This document shows, piece after piece, positions 38,030-51,209 of a stretch of DNA of 64,000 nt. Origin of the DNA: Camelus dromedarius (taxonomy: Eukaryota); assembly GCF_036321535.1 (NCBI RefSeq), contig NC_087437.1, positions 92,692,001 through 92,756,000 on the forward strand. The letters are read 5' to 3'. A model generated the notes under the pieces. It was not told the origin of the DNA. It was given only the letters and a program-made list of their open reading frames with translations, and did not search any database. The first letter of the stretch is position 1. Each line of letters begins with the position of its first letter. The position numbers were made by a program, and so were the translations under genes.

Positions 38030-39345
38030 ATACGGGGTAGATGCATTTGTCTCTATTGTTTCTACTCAGAAATACCAAAGCTCTGGACATGTTTTATAAA
38101 ACAAACATAAGATTGTAAAGGGAGGAGAGGGAAAGGCAGGCCAGCTGGGGTTCTTGGGGCCTGAGGAATAATATGGCAGTGAATCCTCTGGGTTTTCTTT
38201 TGGCCTCATTTTTCCTAGACTGGATGCTGTAGAAGTAGCAGCCTAGGAATGCCTTGGGTGCAGACCAAAATAGTCCGAACAAAGGTCTGCTCTCTCCACA
38301 CAAAGGACCAAGCCAGGGCAGCATGGCAAGACAGAGAACCTTTAAACAATAACTGATCTGTTCCAGCTAAACACCATGGGGAAAATGTAGAGGGCTGGGG
38401 GAACTGGGGAGATATTGGTCAAGGATACAGACTTTCAATTATAAGATGGATAAATTCTGAGTGTTTAACATAGACTATTGTGACTAGGATTAACAATACT
38501 GTAGTATATACCTGAAATTTGCTAAGAGAGTAAGTCTTAAATGTTCTTGCCACACACACACACACAATGGTAACTATGTGTGGTAATGGATGTGTTAACT
38601 AACCTTATTACAATAATCATTTCACAATATATACATATATCAAATTATCATTTAAATTTATATAATGTTATTTGTCAGTTATACCTCACCAAAACTGGGA
38701 AAAAAACAAAACAAACTATGGCCCCACTCCCACTCTTACCAACAAAGCCAAGTGGAGAGCCTAAACTTAGAACCTTACCTGGTGGCAGTGAAGTGCCCAT
38801 CTCTCCCAGATGGTGTCAGAACTGAGATTTACATGCTGGCCTGGAGATAAAATCATCCTCACTTTGTGGTGCCACTGGAGACCACACGGGATCCAGGACT
38901 CCCGCTCCCAACCAGTGGTGATGAGGTGACCCATGCTTCTCCGTAGCAAAGCGGTATCAGAGGAGGCCTCGTGGGAAGCCTGGATTTTCCTTACTTCCCA
39001 GCAGTAACAAGTCTCTCCCATCACCTTACAGTGTCTTTGCATGCCTCATGGGGAGCAGTGACAAGGGGACCTCCCCCTTCCAGCCCTGGAGGGGTCAGCA
39101 GAGGCCTACTAAGAAGTTTGTCCTTAGCCCCACCCAGCAGCAAGCAGGCCCCCCTGCTGTCAGGCAGCAGAGGAGTACCTAGGCTTGTACCCCAACTTGG
39201 CAATAATGAGGTAGTCCAGTGCCCCCCACCCAACTTTGCACACCAGCATGGTATATCACAAGGAGGCCTGCTCAAACACAAGCTTTTGTATGACCCAGTG
39301 TCTCATAATACACAAAATGTCCAAATACAATCAAAATCACTTGTC
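38030..39345 (+). mobile_element. Old L1 (L1MC/ME-type) 5'UTR region, interrupted by a younger L1 3' end
   Basis: CTGGACATGTTTTATAAAACAAACATAAGA at the start and AAAATGTCCAAATACAATCAAAATCACTTGTCAT at the end resemble old L1 5' regions. Confidence 0.55.
38388..38716 (+). mobile_element. L1 3' end (L1MA9/10-like)
   Basis: TGAAATTTGCTAAGAGAGTAAGTCTTAAATGTTCT...ATGGTAACTATGTG...GTCAGTTATACCTCA, then an A-rich tail. Confidence 0.85.
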
Positions 39346-39487
39346 ATTTTTGACTGATAATTGATCCTACACTTAGCCATTGGAAAAATCAAAGACCGAT
39401 GTTCTGTGAAAAGTTCCAACAAGAAATGTTCTATCCTGTTCCAAACCTAACAGTGATTAGCTTTCTAAGCACAGTTAAGATTGTTCA

Positions 39488-39620
39488 TAACCTTTAATGG
39501 AAAAAAACCATGAAAATATATGTATGTATATGCATGACTGGGACATTGTGCTTTGCACCAGAGATTGACACATTGTAATTGACTGTACTTCAATAAAAAA
39601 TTAATTAATCAAAAAAAAAA
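39488..39620 (+). mobile_element. L1 extreme 3' end with poly(A)
   Basis: ATGCATGACTGGGACATTGTGCT..GCACCAGAGATTGACACATTGTAATTGACTGTACTTCAATAAAA. Confidence 0.8.
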
Positions 39621-39984
39621 TTGTCCTCTGAACCACCTCGTCCCTTACAGAGTTCAGTGGAGTGTTGATTATTTTGAAGCTCGAAAGGTCTAAAATGATG
39701 TGGATGGCTTTGCTTCTAATAGTGAGAATGCGATATGCTGGGAAGGTTTTAGAGTCAGTTGGAAAGATCTATTTTTCAAATCTCTGTTCTACTTACCGGG
39801 GATGTGATCTCAACTAAATTTACTAACGTGTCTAAGCTCTTGGTTTCTTTGCCTATCAAATGTAGCAGTAGCAATGGTAGCAGTGCTTGTAGTTGTTGCT
39901 GCTGTCAGAGTAGTCACGGTGGGAGCATGGCAGTCAGATAATGTTTGCATTGTTAGAAGCAGTAGTGTGTGCTAGTCACTCGAG

Positions 39985-40180
39985 CCACATTATCTCATGT
40001 CATACCTCCAACAATCCCTTGAGAGACAGGTATTGTAAACTTCATTTTAAGAGTAAAAGTAAAGAAATGAAGGGCATTTAATCTAAGTTAAGTTTAATCA
40101 AAACCACAAAATTATGAGTCAAGACTTGGATTCAAACCTGTTAACTTCAAAGTCCATATTTCATCAAGTATATACCATGT
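39985..40180 (-). mobile_element. MIR SINE (degenerate)
   Basis: CAACAATCCCTTGAGAGACAGGTATTG...CATTTTA...GGATTCAAACC. Confidence 0.55.
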
Positions 40181-40279
40181 AGCCTCTTAGAGAACTAAAA
40201 GCAAGCGTGTCTGTAAAAGAACTTAGTGTGAATGTAACAGACACTCAATGTTACTTTCCTTCCAATCATTATAAGTGTT

Positions 40280-40338
40280 TTATATATATATGTACACATA
40301 CATACACACACACACACACACATAAACATATATATGTA
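40280..40338. repeat. (TA)/(CA) compound microsatellite
   Basis: TATATA...CACACACA tract. Confidence 0.9.
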
Positions 40339-40605
40339 GCTTCATGTCAGTGAGTGACCTTCTCATAAAAAAATCTTCCAGTTTATTTGGAAAATTCAAT
40401 GCTTTAATGCTTTTATTTTTCATATCAGATTGTATGATCAGGCCACTCAAGGTGACTGTTCTCTTGCTCTCTGTACATTCCCTGCTCAACCAGTGCCTGC
40501 TTCACCTACATCCTATTTACATGACTGGCCTCTTTACATACTTGACCCGGGACTCAACTAATGACTGTTCTAGCTTTAGATCAGAACATCTCCACTATGA
40601 TAGCT

Positions 40606-40924
40606 TATCAAAGGGGTAGCGAGGAGTGTGTCCCTCTGCTGGTTTCCCCGGTAACCGATGAGCCAACTGGATATCCATTCCTCCTGTAACTCTTTACACG
40701 CTCACCCCTGACCCCACTCCCCACGCAGGAATGAAGACTGACACCATGTCCTGCCCTCCTGCCTTCTGCTGCACAAGGTGGGGTGTCGCTCCAGGACTTT
40801 GAGTCAGACGTGTAAGATCCCCCATCTATGAAACCACTGGTGTCTCTGTTGCTGAGTCCACGCTTTCTTCCGTCTTGAGCTGGGCAAGCATAGGCCTTGT
40901 AGTCCTGAGGAGTGCAGCCCAACA
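40606..40924 (+). mobile_element. ERV-type solo LTR (family not assigned)
   Basis: Locally GC/CpG-richer 320-bp block with CGGTAACCGATGAGCC, AAACCACTGGTGTCTCTGTTGCTGA and terminal GCAGCCCAACA typical of laurasiatherian LTRs. Confidence 0.55.
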
Positions 40925-41179
40925 CCGATAAACCCAATAGATATAATTTCTCACTAATATAATTTAAAGAGTATTAGAGGAATCTAATATATTTACATTT
41001 CCAGATTATTATTTTCTTTAGAATATTTTATTGAGTACCTTATAAAGGCACTTGACTAGGTTAATGACAATAAGAAGAAACTCAAGGGTCAGTTACTACT
41101 CTGTGTACTGAAAGCCTTAAGATATTCTTATTTCCCAAAGCACACAGCAGTAGAATGGCACTGTCAACACTTTCAATAA

Positions 41180-41960
41180 ATTCATCCAAAAATAAGTAAA
41201 TAAGACTCTCATTCGATTGGCTTTTGTTTTAATATGCAAAAGCAACTGATAAAAAAAAGACATGAAATCAAGAAAGCAAGCTCTGGCAACAGGAGTCAAG
41301 TGAGGGGAATTTCCAGGATCACAGCTGCATAGCAGGCCTGGAAAATTAGGAGTCATCACTGGAGCAGGAAGATAAGAATCGATTCTGGGGGGAATCTGCT
41401 GGAGGAACAAAAAATGTAATGGAAAAAATAATCTGATATATTTGATTATGCAGAAAACTGCACTGAAGGCTATTGGAGGCTGTGGGGAAAACGGGTACAT
41501 GGAAAACTAAACAAATGAGAACGATGAGATAATTACTGACTCTAGAAAAAAAAGAAAACATAGTTATGCAGGAAAGGAAACATAGAATGCTCCTTAGCTG
41601 TTGAGTGAAAAGTATTTCTTCAGGATAATATAAAAACTAAATATAACTTTAACTTCAAATTGGGACATGATGCTATTGGAATAATGGAGGGGAAACAGAG
41701 CCATAAAAAAGCTGAGGCCTCATCTGCCGTGTTGGATGTCAACAGATGGGACCTAAAATGTATAAATCAAGAATCAGCAATATTATTATATTCTTTAGAA
41801 GATGAACACAAATACTCAAAAGAAAAGTTTAAATAACACTAATAACAAGGCAGAGAATAAGAAAGGGCAAAGCAGAGAGGTCTATTTTTTGAAATAAGAT
41901 TTTAATACCATTTTTGTTTATTAACTGAGTATGTATTACTTTAAATTTTAATAATAATAA
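41180..41960 (+). mobile_element. Old L1 (L1ME-type) 3' region
   Basis: A-rich degenerate text such as GATAATTACTGACTCTAGAAAAA and GCAGGAAAGGAAAC...; weak similarity. Confidence 0.4.
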
Positions 41961-44900
41961 AACTACAAAGTAGTATACATGGTATTAATTTTATTTATGC
42001 AGCCTTTATAAAACTCAATACAATATAATAAAGCTTTAGTATTGAGAGTTATAAAGCCAGAGCTGACTTTTTGCCCTTACCCTCAACATAGTGTATCAAA
42101 TCAGGTAAGAAAAGGAATGTAATCAAATTGACTATTTCCCAGTGCTCCAGGGAAATGTTCTTAGCCCTGTGAACACTCTAAATACAAACCTTCCTTTGCA
42201 TATTTATGGAGTAAATTGTTAGAGGCTGTCATGAACTGTAAGTCTGAGGAAAATCAAGTTGCACCTTGATATTGGGTCTTCTTTGCTTTATTTCCTTGCT
42301 TTTTTCTTTTCTTTTCATTTTGGGATTTGGGGTTTTTATTTTTTAAAAAATCTCACTACATCTACATCAATATAGAATTCTGTTCTGTTTTGTTTTCAGA
42401 CCATGCTGTATTTCTCTACCAGGGAAATCTACACTTGAAATGGCGCTAGGAAGGAATGAGGACATCAGGGAGAAAATGTGCGAAGGTAGGAGAGCAGTGA
42501 TCAAGGAGCACAGTTAGGAGGTGGAAATGAAGAGACAGGGAACAGCAATCACTTTTCTCGACTACCGTCAGCAACTAACAGAGTAACAGAAGACAGAGAG
42601 GAAAGGCATTACAGATTTATCACAAACACAACTGCTCAGAGAAATCCAGGCAGACACCACACATCTTTTTCCTGTCTCTTTAAACATTTTACTTAATTAA
42701 AGAAATAAGACCTCATAAGAGATTTTTTTAAATCCTTTTCTTTCTGATCCCAAATAATTTCAGGAATCCTAAATTGTCAGAAATGTACCATGGTTTCAAA
42801 AACAGCTTCCCCCCCACTCCCCAACCTACCCCAAAAAAGGAAGGCCTCGTAGGGAAGTAAATTTTAGCCTTTAGTTATGGCTACTCTGGCTTTTCCAGGC
42901 TTGTTTCTTCTTCAGACAAATTCCATTCCCCCAGAAGCTACTCTATCAAGAGCTTCTCAACCATGCTATTAATGTGAAAATGAAAAATCTGCTTTATAGA
43001 GGCAGCATTCATGGGAAGAAGCATGCTGGCTCAGTGAGCTTCTAAGACTCTTGATTACCTGGAATTCCTAAAGCTTTTGCATTTGTTAATGTACCTCTTG
43101 CCAAATAATGAGATTTCAACCTTCTCCAAACAGAGTGGCCTTGCTTGGCCTTAGACAAACTCTTGCACACATTTTACATTTCTAACTCTAATTTCCTTTG
43201 GCCTTATTCCCAGCAGTCCCTACTTGCAGTCTACCTGCCATTTGCTTTTAATCTAGAAACCAAAATAACAATAATTATTCTACCAGATAACAGGTGATGT
43301 TTCCAAATATATAGTGGAGGAGGGATGTTTTTCTCCTACTACTCTGAGTTGAAATAATATGTTGGTTAATTCAAAGTAAGAAATTATACAATTTAACTAC
43401 TTAAATTATCAAATAATTATTAAAATAAATATGAAAGTTAGGAGGATCTTTGAGGTAGCTAAAGTGTGCCAGGGTAGCTTACCTTGATTTCAAAAAAAAG
43501 AAAGTTTTTACTGATTTCTAATATTTGTAGTTTTCATATCGTATCATTGTATTTTTCATATCATATATCATATCATTGAGTTTTTCTGTCAATATACTGG
43601 AGAAAAAGATGATCCCAATAGACAAAAATTCAGTCTAATGTCTGAAGTCTCTTTGCCAAGGCATAGCATTTTCTTTGAACTTCTATTTTTTGGGCTCCTT
43701 AAAATTTTCACATTTCTTCCTGTGACTTATCAGAATGTTTGATATTTCTCTAGTAGATTTCATGAATCCCAGAAGCACATACTCTCATACAAATAAAACT
43801 CTTCCTCCCTTTGAGCATGTAGCTAAAAGTAGTTTATAGTAAAGCAGCTTGGAATCTACTGTTTTAATATTCGTAATAGTTTAAAGTTTGGAATAATAAC
43901 CAAAAAAATGGCTTTTTCCTTTCAGACCCTATCTTTACTCCAGTTTCTCCATTTTCCCTCTGCTAATTTCCATTGTGCTGCTAATAATTTAAATATGAGC
44001 TGATTTTAAAATGAGAGATATGTTAAACCTCAGTAAAACGTGTACCATAGGAGTTTTTTTTAATATAAAAGATGAAAATGAACTTTTGATCAAAAATCAT
44101 CAAACCTAATTTGATACCCTGAAAAATACTGGAGAAAATGGTAGATAGGTGCTGATACCTAATCATAAAAATATCCTACTCTTTTTTTAATTGGATTTTG
44201 GTAGAATCTGGTATCTCTAAGTCCCATGATACAGCAGTCATAAAACATACATAATTATTATGTTAAAATCTTTAGAATGTTAAAATTTATACTTCTGATT
44301 CTATTGTTGGATGGGTAATGAAATTTAATTGATATTTTATACACAAGACAATGCTCTAACTTTGTATCCTAGTGAGAGGGCACCATTCCACATAGGTTAA
44401 CTTTCTAGGTAACTGAAGATTATAATACCATAACATTGCTAAATTATTTTCTTATAGCTGCTATAAATTTATAGTTACAACACAGATACGCAATAATATT
44501 TTTTTTTATTTTTCCTCTGTAACTTTTTCACTGTTCTCCATTTCTGAAGATGAAGAAAATTTTAATCTTGGAAATTCAAGAGTAGACACGACGACAATTA
44601 CTTCCAACTTAAATCTCAATCTCTTTGAAGTCAATATGCAGTCAATACAGCATTTCCTATCTCCCTCTTCACCTTCCCTTCTCCCTGGATGGCTCTGGCT
44701 CCAGCGAACGTTGACCATAACTGCATGGCATGGAGGCAGAGCTAGGGTCAGGGAAGAAATGGAGGAGTGCACAATAAGCTTATGGTTCTCTCTTTCCTCT
44801 GTGGCCTCTGCTGAGTGTGCCTCATCCCTATTCATCTACTGAGGATGTCTGAGGCCCTTCCGTGGTCTCCACTTTTCAGGTGTACTCTTTATCTCATTAT

Positions 44901-46109
44901 CTCCAAATGCAACCACTTTGGTAGTCCTGGTTGTTTTCCCTGCACACTGCTGAGACATATGATACCAAACCATGTGACACTACTCTCAGCCCCAGTCAGT
45001 GCTACTTTACCTCTCAGGCACCACGTTGAGTGTGGGGTTTCCCACAATGTTTGCCATTTCTCTACATACAGAAATCCAGCACACTCAACTACAATTAGAT
45101 CTTCTCCAAATTTCTGTCTCAATCCTGCTGGTCAAGGTGTTTACCTCCTTGGGAGCTTTTATATCATCCTGGAGTTCTCCTCACTCTGACTTATGCTATA
45201 GCCAGATCTGCGTCCTCGACACTGTAGCTCTGGATATTTTACGCCAAGTTTTTGGAAATAAAAGTGCCTACTTTTTATCAAATGTAACAATTAAAAATGG
45301 GGAGGGGGCTTTCAAGTTCATAGTCTCTGCTGGAGTATTTTAAAATCAATCTTCAAATTTAAAACAGAAAAATGACTTTTTCTGTCCTAGACTGTATCTA
45401 TCCTCCCCCTTAGACAATGCATGCCCTCGTTCCAGTGAAGAGTTGCAATGCAATTATTAAAATGATGATGATGATGATATAGGAAAGAAAAGAAATCAGC
45501 TAAAAATCTCCAAATATTATCCCATGATAACAACTGGTTTTAAATAACAAGCTCTCTTGGCATAACACCTCCCTACTTTTCAAGATAAAATCATTTAGCC
45601 TTCTTTTCATGACTCAGAGTCAGTTTTAGTTATCTCCTTAAAAATGTGTATTCTGTGATTATGATGTCCTAATTTAATCCCTACTCTACCATGTATTAAT
45701 TTGGCAAATGACTTAGATTCAAATGTTAACTGGAGATAAGAGCGATCTCTATCACATATGATAGTTGTCAGGAATTAGTAAAATAATTCAAATTAAGTGC
45801 CTAGCACAGGGTCTCCACAGAAATGCTCAATAATTGCTAGCTCTAGTTGTTTTAAAATTATTAACTATGCAGAGGAGTGCTTCAAGGCATACTGAATGTA
45901 GGCTCCTATTCTGAATAGAGCCACATGGGTTTGCTGTTTGAGTTCTCTTCTAATCAGCATTGGTTGCTACTCTATGCTTTTTTTCAATACTAGGAGATGA
46001 GGCAGAAGAAGCAGAGATTAACCAAGTAAGAATGAGGGCCTTGGATTCAAGGATATTAGTATAAAACAAAATAGACTCTAGAAGGCAGTTTGGATACTAG
46101 AGTAAAGAC

Positions 46110-46268
46110 TAGGGGATGCCTTTATTTTGTTTATCATAAATTTTTTGGATTAATTTTGATTTTTAAAAATATAGTTTTTAATTCTCTTTATTTTGATTAC
46201 TGAGGGTTTTTGGTGCCATCTAAAATTTTGTGCCCAAGGTAAAATTATCTCATTCTAATTCCAATCCT
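46110..46268. mobile_element. MER91-like hAT-Tip100 MITE fragment
   Basis: TTTTGATTACTGAG..TTTTTGGTGCC..AAATTTTGTGCCCAAGG...CCTG. Confidence 0.55.
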
Positions 46269-46614
46269 GTTAGGTACTTTGGAAGAACCATGGGCAGAAT
46301 TAGAGTACTTAGTAAAGGGAGCTTACTCTACATGACACATCAGAACGAGAGCTGCAAACTCAAACATCTTCATGGACCAAAAACTTGATATAAGTGATTC
46401 AAGTAGGTTTTAGGTAAGATGGCAGGGTGTGATAGGGCCTACAATTAAAGGAAACATTTGAACATTTGAAGGCATTCAAATTCAGATTTTTAAAGACATC
46501 AGCCAGCCAAATTAAAAAATTAAATTAAATTACATTAAATTAAATTAAAAAATAAAAAAATACCAAGGGCTGAAATTTTGTGACCTTGACTTAAAAGGTC
46601 AGTCTTGCACTCAC

Positions 46615-46698
46615 CTAGAGTTAGAAGGAGCTAGGACAGATTTTCTACTGTTTGGTTTCTGCAGCTGGATTTTTGCCATTATTGAAATAGTACTAAAT
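46615..46698 (-). other. Candidate exon (84 nt)
   Basis: Acceptor CTTTTTTCTCTAACCTCAACACTCAG, donor TAG|GTGAGT (consensus). One open frame with ATAATGG Kozak (MAKIQLQKPNSRKSVLAPSNS). Confidence 0.4.
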
Positions 46699-46949
46699 CT
46701 GAGTGTTGAGGTTAGAGAAAAAAGATTTGCATTATCTCTATTGCATGTCACTGTGTGTCTTCCATGTGATCTTAATATAAGAGAAGATGCCAGGTCTGTA
46801 TGTGCCATTAATGTTTTCCCTCTGTCCACTTTCTATTCAGTATCTCATACTGGGGACTAAAAACCAAAACAGAACAACACAAAAAGAACAGTTAAGCGAG
46901 CAGTAAGATTTATTTTATAAATTTTTTAAAAAAGTGGCTCTAAGTAAAC

Positions 46950-47468
46950 TCTAAATGTCCATCAACAGGTGACTGGATAAAGAAGAGGTGGTATATTTAT
47001 ACAATGGAATACTACTCAGCCATAAAAACCGACAACATAATGCCATTTGCAGCAACATGGATGCTCCTGGAGAATGTCATTCTAAGTGAAGTAAGCCAGA
47101 AAGAGAAAGAAAAATACCATATGAGATCGCTCATATGTGGAATCTAAAAAACAAAAACAAAAACAAACAAACAAACAAAAACAAAGCATAAATAAAGGAC
47201 AGAAATAGACTCACAGACAGAGAATACAGACTTGTGGTTACCAGGGGGGTGGAGGGTGGGAAGGGATAGACTGGGATTTCAAAATTGTAGAATAGACTAC
47301 ACTGTATAGCACAGGGAAATATACACAAAATGTTATGATAACTCACAGAGAAAAAAATGTGACAATGAGTGTGTATATGTCCATGAATAACTGAAAAATT
47401 GTGCTGAACACTGGAATTTGACACAACATTGTAAAATGATTATAAATCAATAAAAAATGTTAAAAAAA
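46950..47468 (+). mobile_element. Young lineage-specific L1, 5'-truncated (ORF2 C-terminus plus 3'UTR)
   Basis: Translates KCPSTGDWIKKRWYIYTMEYYSAIK...MPFAATWMLLENVILSEVSQKEKEKYHMRSLICGI* (stop 47145-47); ends AATAAAAAATGTTAAAAAAA. Confidence 0.95.
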
Positions 47469-47549
47469 TTTCTTCTATGGGCAAAATTGGACACATTTTA
47501 AATCAAGAATGTTTTATTCTCTACTTTGACAGATAGACCATATTAGAAA

Positions 47550-47760
47550 GAGTGTGAATAGCTTGGAGTGACCTATATCTAGGGTCAGATCCCAACTCTT
47601 TTGTTAATTATGTAAATTCCAATAGGTAATTTTAGCTCCATTCCTACACTTCTTATATGAAAAACAGGCCTAAGAATTCCCATCTCATAAGGTTATTATA
47701 AAAAACAAATATCATAACACCAATTAATAAAACACTTTCCACATGACAGTTGTCAATAAA
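47550..47760 (+). mobile_element. MIR SINE (degenerate)
   Basis: CTAGGGTCAGATCCCAACTCT...CATCTCATAAGGTTATTATA...GTCAATAAA. Confidence 0.45.
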
Positions 47761-48814
47761 AGGGTTTCATATAGTAGTATATTTATTTAAAGGTATATTT
47801 TTCTTACTTTCTCATCTCTTGGCTATATTTCAGATTAGTATGTTTGCAAAATAATAACCACTGAAAAGCTGATGAGCTTCTTTGTAATATAAGGAATATA
47901 AATGAGCCACTATATATGATTCTGTGTGTAAGAGGGAGACATAATTATAGGCAATTCTATTTTCAGTGTCCTCAAATGTGACTTTAAACAAATCATGTAG
48001 GCAGAAAAAAATATGATTGAAGTATATCATTATTTCTCAATTTTTACTGTCAGTATTATGTTTCTAGTCTTTCCCTTGAAAGTAAATAAAATATTTGTTT
48101 AATAAATGTAAATTCCCAAAGGAATTACATATTACATGTTGATTATTACACTCAGCCCATAAATGTGTTAACAAGCCCTTTAAGTCATAGAAAGATTTAT
48201 AAACAAATATTCACTAAAAGAATCTAGGGTTCAAAGTACACCCAATTAGAATTCAGAAAAGAGATGAGTTTTTAAATGTAATTTTAAACTTGGAAAGGGA
48301 ATCTATCAGGAGGTAATTGATTCCACCAAAGAGAAGTAATGATTGAAAATGTTCTGTCACTAGAGGATCCTCTGGAATATAAAAATGCATGGAAAAAAGC
48401 AATAAGTAGGTTACACATTTGAGAACACATCTGAAATATAAAGTTTTCTAGTGTGTTCATTAGCAAGCATCAGGAATCCCTAAAACAGTATGAGATTATT
48501 CAAATATTCAAATGTTTTTTTCTTAAGCAATATTCCAAGGAGAATAGTGGTGTGGCAAATAAATGCATAATCAATTAGAAGTGTCCTCAACGACATGAGT
48601 GCACATTACTGCATGTCTTGTTATACCAGTGACATTCTAGCTCTGTGCAAGCACATTAGCTGATTTTACAAGATACATGGCAATACATTCTCCTGTGTGA
48701 AAAAATAAGATGGAGCGCTAGGAGGGTTGGTGACAGGAGACTAAAGCTTGCCTGTGCAATTGTAGATATCTGTAGTGTGAGTCTTGTAAATTCAGAAAGA
48801 AAAAGAGCACTGAC

Positions 48815-48912
48815 CTGATGGAAGTATATTTGTCTCTGGTCCATTTCCCTAAGATTTCTAAGGTCAACGTGGATGAGGATACCAGGAATATAGAAATCAG
48901 AAATAGTATTCA
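48815..48912 (-). other. Candidate exon (98 nt), probably 5'UTR/non-coding
   Basis: Acceptor TGTTCTCTTTTTTTTAG, donor CAG|GTCAGT, in unique (non-repeat) sequence. One open frame (NTISDFYIPGILIHVDLRNLREMDQRQIYFHQ) with no recognised homology. Confidence 0.5.
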
Positions 48913-50769
48913 CTAAAAAAAAGAGAACATTTTGGCTAAAAACTTTTTAAGTTGAGGGCTTATAGGTTCTGAAAAATTGAGATTCCTTGAAAGATATGAG
49001 ATTTCAAGGGTTATTTCATGAGGGATTTTCAACCTTTTTGGTTACCTAGCTTTCTAATGATCTTCCAATTAATGATGTTTCTCTTTGTTAGGCTATGATT
49101 TTGCCCTTGCTCTAAGCAATCCCTAGTGTAAGCACTCTAGGTATAATATTAAAAATGTTATAAATGTTAAAATGTAAAAGGGTTTCTTCCTCTCTTAACC
49201 TATAGTCTTCTTCACCTCCATCTGCTGGCTAAACCCATCCTCTTGCTTCAAGTCCTTTGGCCTCCAAAGTCACTGCTCCTAATTCAAAAGACTTCATTAA
49301 ATGTGATTTGGAATGCTGTACCAATGTCTTCCTTAAGGAAAAATATACTAAAGAAGTGGATATAAATAGATGTATAAAATCGTATTGGAGAAGCTCAGAA
49401 GTGCTGCACTCAAGAAAAGCATGCCGATTGACAAGCAATTTAAGCTGGAGTGTGAAAGGATGCAGAAATAACAAGATTTGCATGAAAAATATTGAGATCA
49501 TGAGAACATCAAATTTAAACGAAAAACTCATGTGCCTCATGATTTAATCATGAGGGCTGCCATTACTGTTATAACTTTCAATATCCCTTGGCTTTTGAAA
49601 TAGTTCTATAATGAGGGTGGAGTATATCTATCTATAACAGAAAACCAGTGTTATTTTATCCAGTCAGCTCTTTACTGTGAGAAACAGGGTTACAAGGATC
49701 TTAAGTCTTAATCTGTATGTTGGGAAGCCCAAACATTAGGTATGGCTGAGCCCTTATTTCGGTCAGAGTCTCAAAGCAAAAGGGAAAAACTAAGACAGGT
49801 TGTGAAACAGTTTATTATTTAATCAATTATGATTAACCAACCCACAAAAAGCAGAAAGAAGTTCAGATTGATGTTATCTCTGCTTTTATCTTATGAAAAA
49901 TTTTAACAATTGGCCAGAAGCAAGGATCAAGATACCGTCTGTAGAAGTCATTTAAAGGGCTCCGTATTGACCTGGTAAGTTTCATTCCCACAAACCAGGC
50001 AACTGACATAAAGTAGGTCTTATTTTCCTTTCCCTTTTATTTTTTATGGCATAATAGGTGGTCTGAAAATCTAGTTGCACTTGTTATCTCAGAGGAGAAA
50101 TGCAGTTCCGACTTCTGTTTATACTTTCATATCATACTGTATTGCTGTGAACCTGGATGGCACTTCCAGTGGGACGCCATGTTTAGCCCATGAATGAGAA
50201 GACTGTCACAATCAAAAGTGCTTCAGGCACAAACAGATTTGAAACAATCTTCCCACTGACTGGAAGAGAAAAGGCTGGTTCTGAAGATCATTAAAGGTTC
50301 TATTGATGTGGTTTCGGGGGCACACATTTAGATTTTCAAATGTGTTTTACATTTGGAACAGTTTTACTAGCATTAAAGCTCAGTTGCTTTCCCTGAGAAC
50401 TCTCCTTCTTGTCATCATTTGCAGAAGCTTTCACAGAGAACTTACTATTCCAACTGGGAAGGAGGTGGGAAAGGTGGGGAACGCAAAGCAGGCGATTGAA
50501 CTAGCTCTCTTGACTCAGAGATGCCAGGATCCCCTGCTCAGCAACATTCTGCAGAGTGAGAGGCACAGAGATGAAAGGGGCCACCTGCAGTGTCCCAGAA
50601 AAAAAAAGGGGAAAAAAACTTTTTGGCATTTAAATGTGCTAGCAGTCTCTCATTTTAAAAAGCAAAAAGACTTTCTACCAATTTAAATTAGATTGAAAGT
50701 AATTAGGCAGCCAAGTTGCCATGTCATTTCTTGGTGTCTGTGTGTGTGTGTGTATTCTTTTGTCATGGT

Positions 50770-50949
50770 GACATTTTGTTGACTGTTTTATCGTAAGGAC
50801 ATCTTGTTATGCACCGTTTCATTGTAGGAACATTTCTCCATGCAGCATCTTATCACTGACATTTTGTCATCAACGTTGCCAGGGACATTTCTTCATGCAA
50901 TACTCCACCATTGACATTTCTTCATGCAATACTCCACCATTGACATTTC
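50770..50949. repeat. Degenerate ~29-bp tandem array (GACATT-anchored), last two units perfect
   Basis: Unit starts at 50770, 50798, 50828, 50858, 50884, 50913 and 50942; GACATTTCTTCATGCAATACTCCACCATT x2 plus GACATTTC is exact. Confidence 0.85.
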
Positions 50950-51209
50950 ATCAAAACAGCAGGCTGTAGTGATAATAGCTCAATGCTGACAGTATACTAG
51001 ACCCTTCAATTACATTATTACACATGCAATTAAGTGTTTCAGTTCCTGATGTAAAAACTATCCCTGCTAAAGGAGGAAAGACACCTTTTACATCTCCCTG
51101 CCCTGATTTTTTAAAAACAATTGTGAGAGTTGCATTAAAGTAAAATATTGTATATAAATGTGCATGTCCTCAAAATATCTTATAAGCTCATTTACAAAAA
51201 TCTTGATAG

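Noticed and set aside
43483..43596. Minus-strand exon candidate (TCTTTTTCTCCAG ... AAG|GTAAGC)
   Set aside because: The body is low-complexity ATATG/A-rich repeat; likely a pseudo-exon.
49229..50686. 96-127 aa ORFs on both strands
   Set aside because: No recognisable domains or flanking splice structure; lengths are within chance expectation.
50770..50949. CRISPR-like repeat-spacer array
   Set aside because: Mammalian context, only a 6-8 nt anchor, the 'spacers' are related or identical, and there are no cas genes.
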